64,000 nucleotides of DNA from Candidatus Korobacteraceae bacterium. GTDB taxonomy: Bacteria > Acidobacteriota > Terriglobia > Terriglobales > Acidobacteriaceae. This document shows, in pieces, positions 19,188 to 27,400 of the stretch. The notes under the pieces were generated by a model. It saw only the letters and a program-made list of their open reading frames with translations, made no database searches and was not told where the DNA came from. The stretch spans positions 1,176-65,175 of the forward strand of contig JBEKPR010000024.1 in the NCBI GenBank assembly GCA_049520555.1. The letters run 5' to 3'. Made by a program: the position numbers and the translations under genes. Position 1 is the first letter of the stretch. Every line of letters begins with the position of its first letter.

Positions 19188-20054
19188 TTATGCAGATGTT
19201 CCTGCTTGACCGGTATTAGCTCGGGGCCTTAGCGGAGCAGCCGGAGTGAAGCCCAGTCCGTCTGATCGTTCGAACTCCCTGAGCAGCCACAGGAAAGGCG
19301 CTGGTCCGGCGCTGAGCCTGCCGGTAAATGGGCTATCGAGCGAGAAGATGAGATAAAAAGCCAGCCCCAGTACAAAAGAAAACCCGAGCAGCAACACCGC
19401 CCAGACCGCCCAGGCATGAGTCACGAACATTCCATGGAAGGCGAACAGAACAAACGCGCCCGCAATTAGCAAGCCCCACAGAGCGCCCGCGGTGTTTCCT
19501 TCAGCGCCGCGCAAGCGGCTGCGACGGGCGTCGAGCCAGATTCCCATCAGGTCCAACGCTTGTCCATACAACTCCACCTCGCGGGCATCCTCGGGCCTGA
19601 TCGCCAGAATCGCCGCCACCAATGCGGAAGAAGTGTCCAGATTAATCTCCTCGGTGGGCACATTGTCACGGGCAGCGCGCGCCAGTAAGTCCCAGCGCTC
19701 AACCACGCCCTGCACATAGGCCTTCGCGGACTCGCGAATCCTCCTGGTCTTTTCCGCAGAAAAGCTGCAGACCACAAACGTCAGGTCGGTTAGCGCATTT
19801 GCCTCGCTCTTGACTGCGTTGCCGGCGTCACTGAAGCTCTGCCACACGCCCGAAACCACGAAGGCAATCAGCACTGCATAGGTGGTGCCCAGAGTCCCAT
19901 AGACCGAGGTCGTCAAAGTATTGTCCAGTGCCAGTTGCTGCTCGCTGAAGATCATGCGGGTGAGAAACGAAACAACCAAGGCCGCGGCCATCGTCGACGC
20001 GACGATCACCACGGGCTGCATCTTCGCCGGGAGCGACAGGACGTAGGACCGCAT
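19188..20054 (-). CDS. DUF4239-like membrane protein
   Basis: 288 aa with N- and C-terminal TM pairs around a soluble helical region. The architecture and motifs resemble DUF4239. This call is from memory. Confidence 0.55.
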   Translation of the reverse strand: MRSYVLSLPAKMQPVVIVASTMAAALVVSFLTRMIFSEQQLALDNTLTTSVYGTLGTTYAVLIAFVVSGVWQSFSDAGNAVKSEANALTDLTFVVCSFSAEKTRRIRESAKAYVQGVVERWDLLARAARDNVPTEEINLDTSSALVAAILAIRPEDAREVELYGQALDLMGIWLDARRSRLRGAEGNTAGALWGLLIAGAFVLFAFHGMFVTHAWAVWAVLLLGFSFVLGLAFYLIFSLDSPFTGRLSAGPAPFLWLLREFERSDGLGFTPAAPLRPRANTGQAGTSA

Positions 20055-20309
20055 GTTTCCTCACTAGGTAGCGACTAACTCTCTCCGTTGTGCTGCGCTG
20101 TTCTACTCTAGCGAACGCAGAGCAGGTGACGCAATCGTAGCCCACAATTCCTCGACGCGCTCAGGACAACGCTCTTTCGGCTTGAGAATTCCCTTCTCAC
20201 AACCAAAACATGTCATGGGCCCTGGTGCTGCCCGCCGATTCGGAGCGTATGACGAGCAACCGGGAATTATCCGCATTAGGGAAGACCTGCTCCATCTCGT
20301 CCAGAAATA

Positions 20310-20612
20310 ATGCCGCCGCGTCACTATAAGAAAGCTCTCAAGCTGGCGAAGGTTCGCTCGTTCGAGGTGTACTCAATCCGTCACACCTTTCTCACCCGGC
20401 TTGGGGAGAGCGGCTGTGATGTTTGGACGCTGGCGCGTGTCGCTGGGCATTCTAATATCAGCATCTCGCAGAGGTATGTTCACCCCTTCGAGGATGCCGT
20501 GCTAAATGCGCTCTCGCGTTTGAGTGGGCACAATTTTGGGCACAGTGCCGAAAACGTGAATTCTGCGAGGTCTGGGGAATTGCTGCTAAGTACCGCCAAC
20601 CGCGAGGGTTAA
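20310..20612 (+). pseudogene. C-terminal fragment of a tyrosine integrase
   Basis: YSIRHTFLTRLGESG...LARVAGHSNISISQRYVHP is the HxxR...H...Y catalytic end. The frame is closed upstream at 20277, so no N-terminal domains are present. It ends 1 nt before the tRNA-derived repeat. Confidence 0.65.
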
Positions 20613-20613
20613 G

Positions 20614-20661
20614 TGGTGAGCGCGGAAGGAATCGAACCTTCAACCTACTGATTAAGAGTCA
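20614..20661 (-). repeat. 48-bp copy of the 3' part of tRNA-Lys (distal att site of the island)
   Basis: TGGTGAGCGCGGAAGGAATCGAACCTTCAACCTACTGATTAAGAGTCA is identical to 37318-37365 by direct reading. Confidence 0.85.
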
Positions 20662-20762
20662 ACCTGTGGGTGCGTTCCTGCCGCTCATTTCGCATTCGGT
20701 ATCAATGACTTACCAGTTTGCGGTTTACAGGTGTGCCGTAAAGTGTGCCGCACTCTATCCGG

Positions 20763-21797
20763 CTACGCCCGCTTTTCTGGTGCTGTGTCCTCATCCAGAA
20801 CGGCTCTCACAATTTCCAGCCCTGGGTGCTGGTAGTGCATCGCGGTCTTCACATCCTTGTGGCCCATGATTTTCATTACGACGGCCAGGTTCCCGGTCTT
20901 CTTCAGAATCCGAGTGCCATAGTCGTGGCGCCCGCAATACAGAACTAGATCGGCAGGAAGCCCTGCCTTCTCGCGAGCGTCGCGAAACCAGTTCGCCATC
21001 GTGGTGAGATGGCCGCCCTGAGCCCGCTTGGACGGAAACACCCATCCTTCCCGCCTTGTGCCACACCGCTCCTTAAGAATATCGAAGACGCGTGTGCTCA
21101 TCGGCACGTTTCTCCTCCCCTCTTCGGTCTTGCTGTCTGGCACGAAGATGAGTTGATAGTCCCAATCCAGGTTCTCAATGCGCATCCGGTAAAGCTCTCT
21201 TTCGTTGCGCATGCCGGTATCGCGCATCAAAATGACGATGTCCCGGAAAAGTTGAAGGCTGCGCCTCCGCCAGTTGCAAGCAGCCGCGCCCGCCAACAAT
21301 TTCCTTTCTGCTTCCTGGTCGAGCCTGAGGGAACGTCCGTATTCCTTCATCAGCCTGAGCTTGGGGGCATGGCGAATTAGCTTCCACTCTTCCGCCTTGT
21401 GCAACATCCTTCGGAGTGTTCTCAGCGCGCAATTGGCGTTCGAGGACGAGCCGGGAAATCTCATCGTTTCGATTACGTCGCTCGTGATCTGATCCAATCG
21501 CATGCCAACGATGGCCGTCGTCTTCAGTAGTCGCCAACCATCCCGGTAATAGGTTTTTGTTTTGTCTTCCAGGCTGACATTATCCAGCCATTCCAGGAAG
21601 TGCCGTGAAAACTCCAGCAATACGGGAGCTTTCTTGGGTAACGGGTCTGCGTTCTCTACCGCCTGGGCGAGTTTCAGACCGGCAATCTTCGCCGCCCTGG
21701 CTGCCTTGGTTTCGTTAGTTGATCCACGGTAGCGCTGACCGCGCACTGTGAAATCAAACCAGTAAAACTTGGACTTCGATTTCTTAAACAGCTTCAC
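20763..21797 (-). CDS. int: tyrosine integrase (phage-integrase family)
   Basis: Catalytic motifs GMRNEREL (Arg), GRHDYGTR (HxxR), MGHKDVKTAMHYQH (H...Y). The preferred start is the GTG at 21797 (MKLFKKSKSKFYWFDF), preceded by GGAGGA; the track start is 21830. Confidence 0.9.
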   Translation of the reverse strand: MKLFKKSKSKFYWFDFTVRGQRYRGSTNETKAARAAKIAGLKLAQAVENADPLPKKAPVLLEFSRHFLEWLDNVSLEDKTKTYYRDGWRLLKTTAIVGMRLDQITSDVIETMRFPGSSSNANCALRTLRRMLHKAEEWKLIRHAPKLRLMKEYGRSLRLDQEAERKLLAGAAACNWRRRSLQLFRDIVILMRDTGMRNERELYRMRIENLDWDYQLIFVPDSKTEEGRRNVPMSTRVFDILKERCGTRREGWVFPSKRAQGGHLTTMANWFRDAREKAGLPADLVLYCGRHDYGTRILKKTGNLAVVMKIMGHKDVKTAMHYQHPGLEIVRAVLDEDTAPEKRA

Positions 21798-22032
21798 GAG
21801 CTTCCTCCATTGCAGCCCGCACGGAAGCAACTCGTGTGTTCTCTTGGATGTATTCCAGAAGAACGTTCACATCATAGCTAATTCGACCTTGCAGTTCTAT
21901 CCAATTTGGGCCGACCCCCTCAGCGCGCCATCGTTTCAAAGTTGCGGCGGAACGCCCGAGAATCTCGGCGGCTCTGCGCGTGTCCACGAGGTGCGGAATG
22001 GGTGGTTTCTTGATTGGTGTTGGTTGGGACAT
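21784..22032 (-). CDS. excisionase / helix-turn-helix DNA-binding protein
   Basis: Internal ATG at 22032 with a GAGGAG upstream. VDTRRAAEILGRSAATLKRWRAEGVGPNWIELQGRISY is an excisionase-type HTH. The stop overlaps the integrase start. Confidence 0.65.
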   Translation of the reverse strand: MSQPTPIKKPPIPHLVDTRRAAEILGRSAATLKRWRAEGVGPNWIELQGRISYDVNVLLEYIQENTRVASVRAAMEEAREAV

Positions 22033-22208
22033 GGCTCTTCTGCTCCTCATAAAACTTCTGAACTTATTCACCCATCGCCTGGCTGTGGCCTTCTCCTGCG
22101 GTGTGCCCTTGCGATTGCGGTGCAATACCGTGGTGCTGGCCGGCATCGTACTCTGCAGACGACGACCCGATTTTGTGTCCAACTCCTGTTTCATATTCCT
22201 GTCCTTTC

Positions 22209-24209
22209 TCAATGGCCGTGCGGTGCGAAACATCGCGACTCAAATGCTCCGGCGAGTTCCGACTTGTTGTTGGTGTAAATCTGCGCGTCGTAGCGGCCAC
22301 GCGAGACAGCTACGTAGGCCATGCGGCTGTTGACCAAGTGGACGCTCTCTTCGGTGTCCGCATGAACCAAAACTCGGTCGGCGGTCTGGCCCTGGCTGCT
22401 GTGGCTGGTGACGGCATAGCCGTAGTCGAGATGAGGGTGGTCTTTGAGGTGGAACTCCACCAGCCTTCCCGAATCCGTGTGTATGGCAATGTCACCGCGT
22501 TCATCGAGACGCGCAATCGTTCCGAGCTCCCGGTTGGCGACATGTAACTCTTTCGATGGGGCGGTGAGCCGCTCGATCTCCATCTCGCCAATCGTGTCGC
22601 TGATCCACTGGGCAGCCCGTGGCTCACTGGTTTTCAGGAAGATTTTAGTTGCGGGCTGGGAGAACATGGCCTCCGCCGCATGGCCGTAAATGGCCTCTAA
22701 CTGGCTACGGCCCTGAAAACACAGGACAACTGGGTTTCCGGCCTTGCGGTTTTCGGTAATGGCAGTCAGTAGTTGCGGGAGCCGGTGTAACGATGAAAGC
22801 TCATCCAGGACGAACCAAACAGGGCGCGGGCCGCGTCGACCCTGGTTCATCAACCGCAGGATCATCATGTCGAGCCACATGCTGATGAGTGGACGCAACT
22901 GCTCCCTGGCTTCCGGGATACTGGTAACGAAGACCCAGCCTTGTCGATGGCCCGACCATTCGGCCGCCGTCCAACTTTTTTTGACCGATTGCACTTTGAC
23001 TGGTGACGGCAGCAATTTGAGACTGTCGGCAACCATGCTGAGGGCACCGAACATGCCACCGCGTTGCGGTCCGGCGTTCTCATAAACCATTGCAGCCAGC
23101 GGCGTGCCTTTCAGTCGTCGTTCCAGTTCGTGTTCGTCGCTTAGCCAGCCCAGCAACTCCTCGGGTGTGGGCTTGAGGTTGAGTAGATGGGCGAAGATCT
23201 TGCGTGGACCCTGGACGAAGAATGGGTTCTCCCGGTCAGTTTCCGGGAAGAGGGACGCAGCCAAAGTCAGGGCCTCCGAAGGCCGGGTTACTTCATCGGA
23301 GGGCGACCAATAAGGCATCCGCTCGTCTAACGGATTCAGGATTACATCCCCGCGTTCCGGACAGTAGAACTGGCCGGTGTATTCGAGAGCAGGATCGTAG
23401 ACGACAGCCGTTTCTCCGCGTTTAGAAATCTGAGCTAAGACCTGTCGAATGAGTGAGGATTTACCGCTCCCGGAATCCCCCATAAAGAGGAAATGGTTGT
23501 CTTCAATCGAGCGCTGGATGTATATCCGCGTGCCGTTGCGGCGCAACAGGCGTTCCGAGAAAGCTGGTGGTTCAAGTGTTCCGAAACCGATACCGTCAGA
23601 TCGATTGCGGCGGTTGAACTGGGCTGCTGTGACCTCTTCCGGACCTCGCAGCGGTCGCCCCTGCTTGCATAGCTGCGCGTTCTGTTTGTCCTTGGAAATG
23701 GCTGCTGGCAGGCCCAAGACCAGCAAGCCCAAGCCGCACAGGAGCGGCCCGCGCGCCAAGTCCTTGAGGCTCTGCCCCCGGTACACAGCATCCCGCAGTT
23801 CGTTCTTGATGAGTTCGTTTTTCCAGGGTCTGGGCGGTGTGAGTATCAACCGCTTCCCCTGCCGCTCCGCGTCCTCGGTTAAAGCGAAAGGAATGCGGCG
23901 TCCGTCCGGCGCGGTCGTCAAACCCTGCCGCACGTCGTTCTGAGTTGGCAGGTAGCCGGCTCCGTCCCGGTGCAAGACGAGCATCAGGTCGTACTTGCTG
24001 GTGGAGACGTTGAATTTGGGCATGATGTTGGCGGACAGGTAAGTCATCAGCCAATACTGCTGCATGGGCGTACAGGCTTGGCATCGCAGCCACAACCCGC
24101 CGCATGTGACGGCCAAGGCAAGGAACAATACGCCGTACGTCCAGAGTGGCTTGTCACTCGGCCAGGACTGGATTTCCACTCGTCCCCATTTGTCCCTCAT
24201 TACTCTCAC
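22209..24209 (-). CDS. type IV coupling protein (TraD/VirD4-like) fused to the C-terminal tail of a MobF-type relaxase/helicase
   Basis: N-terminal TM segments; Walker A FMGDSGSGKSS; Walker B VWFVLDELSSL. The last ~118 aa (DYGYAVTSHSSQGQTADRVLV...AYVAVSRGR) look like the UvrD_C end of TraA/TrwC relaxases. Confidence 0.7.
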   Translation of the reverse strand: MRVMRDKWGRVEIQSWPSDKPLWTYGVLFLALAVTCGGLWLRCQACTPMQQYWLMTYLSANIMPKFNVSTSKYDLMLVLHRDGAGYLPTQNDVRQGLTTAPDGRRIPFALTEDAERQGKRLILTPPRPWKNELIKNELRDAVYRGQSLKDLARGPLLCGLGLLVLGLPAAISKDKQNAQLCKQGRPLRGPEEVTAAQFNRRNRSDGIGFGTLEPPAFSERLLRRNGTRIYIQRSIEDNHFLFMGDSGSGKSSLIRQVLAQISKRGETAVVYDPALEYTGQFYCPERGDVILNPLDERMPYWSPSDEVTRPSEALTLAASLFPETDRENPFFVQGPRKIFAHLLNLKPTPEELLGWLSDEHELERRLKGTPLAAMVYENAGPQRGGMFGALSMVADSLKLLPSPVKVQSVKKSWTAAEWSGHRQGWVFVTSIPEAREQLRPLISMWLDMMILRLMNQGRRGPRPVWFVLDELSSLHRLPQLLTAITENRKAGNPVVLCFQGRSQLEAIYGHAAEAMFSQPATKIFLKTSEPRAAQWISDTIGEMEIERLTAPSKELHVANRELGTIARLDERGDIAIHTDSGRLVEFHLKDHPHLDYGYAVTSHSSQGQTADRVLVHADTEESVHLVNSRMAYVAVSRGRYDAQIYTNNKSELAGAFESRCFAPHGH

Positions 24210-24443
24210 CCGCCATTTCCGCCCGTTGCGGGCGTACTCAAATCACGGCGGAGATTCGCATGGTTTCAGGATTCGGTCAAACGGGCGCGTTTTCGGGGGT
24301 TGTCATCGCGTGAGCTAACACGCGTGACCGCGAAGGCAGTGTTGCGAGACAATACAGTTATCGCACATCAGCTTTCACCGGTCGGATCTTCCTCCTAACC
24401 CTGAGCTCCCGAGGAAAGCGGATGACGATTGGGAGCATGTCAC

Positions 24444-27400
24444 ATGCCACTCGCAGGAGGCCCTGCCGACAAACTGGGGAATCGGTACGAACTCTGGTGG
24501 ACTGTCATTCAGATCCAGAACATTCTTCACGGCCAATGGGACTCAATTCGTCTAGAAGTCCCTGGCATCGATAAAGCTGAATTTGTCTTAAGCAAAGGCT
24601 GCAAGCATGTCTTCCATCAAGCGAAAAGAAGCGCCATCGACGGAAAATGGAGCCTTTCGGAGCTTTCATCCCCAAACAATCGCGTTCTTCAGGGCATTGA
24701 AGGACAATTGCGCCTCCCACAGAATAGCTACGTCTTTGTGTCAAGCAGCGATGCTCGTGAGTTAGCTGAGCTATCTGAAAGGGCACGTGATTCACATTCG
24801 CTTCAAGAGTTCAATGACTTTTTCGTGAAGAGCAAAGAGCAACTCCAAAGACTCGCGCGACTCCAGCGGGTTTGGAATAACTGTGACCGAGCGACAGCCT
24901 TTGAATATCTCCGCCGAATCGAAATTCGCGTCCTTGATGAGAACAGTTTGAAAGATCAGGCTCTTCGCGGCGCGCAATCCCTCTTTCTCGCGCCCCCGAC
25001 CAATGTCTGCTCAGAAATGCGCAGCCTTGCACTCGACTCCGTGCATCGCACTCTCACGCGATCGGAGATCATCGCGCATCTCGCAAAGGCGGGATATACG
25101 ATGAGACAAGTCGTATCGTTTGATGACGCAAAGATCGTCGTCGAAGCTGTCACCGAAAGGTATCTTCAGGGTGCTCGCTCACGATTTATTCAGGGGAGGT
25201 TGATACCTCGAGCAGCAACAAATCAGCTCATCTCCAACATCGGCTCCGCGGGATCCGATTGCGTTCTTACCGGGCATGCGGGAACGGGAAAGACCGGTTG
25301 TCTATCCGAGTTCGTAGAAAAACTCAAGTCCGATGGGGTTCCGGTCTTGGCATTCCGGTTAGATCGCGTCGATCCAGTATCCACCACGACAGAACTCGGC
25401 CGGAAGCTGGGTTTGGACGAGTCTCCAGCGCTTCTCTTGGCTGCGGCGTGTGAGGGGCGGCAGGCGGTATTAATAATCGATCAACTTGATGCCATTAGTA
25501 CCACCTCCGGCAGAACTACGGGCTTTTTCGATGCGGTGGAGTCACTGTTGAACGAGGTGAGGGGCTTGCGCATGCGGGCGGAGATCCATGTCGTCGTTGC
25601 GTGTAGAGAATTCGATTGGAGGAATGATCACAGGCTCAGAAAGCTTCTCCCCACCGGCCACAATCATATTGCGATCGGCAATCTAGACAGAGACCAAGTC
25701 ATCGAAATACTGCAGAAAGCCGGCTACGTGGTTGGTTCTCTCAATCCGTCGCAACTTGAGCTGCTCAGTCTTCCTCAGAATCTCTCACTTTTCTTAGAAT
25801 CGGGTTTCACTTCTGAAACACCGTTGAGCACTGCACTCGATCTTTATGACAGGTATTGGACCGTTAAATGGACGGCTGTCGCACAGCGTACGGCTCCGAC
25901 TGCGGACAACTGGAGTGCCGCCATCCAGGCCTTGGTTGACGGCATGACGGCGAGCCAACAACTGTCCATTCGTCGGGAGGCCCTAGATCGAATTCCGCCT
26001 GACTACGTTGACCAGATGGTTTCCGAAGGCGTCATCACACGCGATGGCCGGAGAATTGGGTTTGGCCATGAAAGCTTCTTCGATTATTGCTTTGCTCGGT
26101 TGTTTGTTGGCAAGTCTCGTTCGCTCGTGGAGTTCCTTCTGGAAAGTGAACAGCATCTCTTTCGACGAGCGCAGGTACGACAGGTTTTGCAATATCTCCA
26201 TGAAGACGAGCCCTCCCGTTTCTGTCAGGAACTCGAAGACCTAATCAACCATCCCCAGATTCGGATTCACTTGAAAGACCTTGCTCTGGCAGTCGCAGCG
26301 AGCAGCACAACAATTTCTTCGGCCGAGTGGGATTTGTGGATGCGGCTTATAGAGCCGCGCATGGTGGCGGTTCGCAATGGTTCGGCTCCAGATGCCCTGA
26401 CCGTGCTTGCTTGGAAACATTTCTTCGGCTCATCTTCGCTTTTCGAACATGGGCTTCAGTTCAATTTGGTTAAGGGTTGGTTGGAATCAGGAAACGATGC
26501 TGTCGCCGATATTGGGTTTTCCTATCTGCGAATGCACGAAGCGCGGTTTTCTCGCGAGGCTGCATCACTGCTGTCGCCCTTCGTCGGGCAAGGTGAGACT
26601 TGGAAAAAGCGGCTTGTATGGTTCATGCAATTGGTGAATCTTAACGGAAGCCGCGAGATGTTCGACCTATTTCTGAGACTGCTCGAAGACGGGACGCTTG
26701 ACGAGGCTCGTGGTCCCATCGCGGTAAACAGTACGTTCTGGAATCTTCTCTACGACATTTCTGATAAGCAGCCGGGAAGAGTATGCGAAATTGTTGCTTG
26801 TTGGCTCAATCGTCAGTGGCGACTTGCTCAGGAATCGCAAACGGATGATCAACACATTTCTTCTAGAGGCGATGCTTTTGCTGACGAGCCAATTACAAGG
26901 GCAGCAAATGGTGCTCCCAGCGACTACATAAAGCACGTCCTACCTGTAGTGCTCTCCATCTCTTCCTGGGCGAAATACGCGGATGATGAGCGGCCGAGGA
27001 AAGACAGGATATGGCCATATCTTATGGTGCGCGAACACGGAGAAGCGCCATATGATGCCGCGTTGACCCATCTGCAAGGAGCCTTGGCCAAGGTTTCTTC
27101 GAGTAACCCTGAAGAGCTTGATGCCTATGTGGACACGTTGAGTCAACTGGACACAAATGTCGGCAACGTTCTGCTCCTCAGCATCTTCGCTGGGAACGGT
27201 AAATATTTCGCGGACGAAGCGGTGCGGCTTTTCGGAAAACAGCCCTGGCGTTTCCAAAGCGGGCTTTCAAACAACTCACACTGGTTTGCGCAGAAAGCGA
27301 TTCAAGCAATCTGCGTTCACTGTTCCAAGGAACAATTGGCCGAACTTGAATCGACGATCCGTGCGTATGTCTCACCCTGGGAAAAAGATCGATTCGGTTA

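Noticed and set aside
20103-20324. 73-aa minus-strand ORF with CFGCEKG...C (possible YgiT-type zinc-ribbon fragment)
   Set aside because: It has only a partial Cys pattern and lies in a region of gene debris. The evidence for a gene is insufficient.
24283-24310. Short palindrome CGCGTG-agctaa-CACGCG in the divergent promoter region between the coupling-protein and STAND genes
   Set aside because: The arms are only 6 bp, which is expected by chance in GC-rich DNA.
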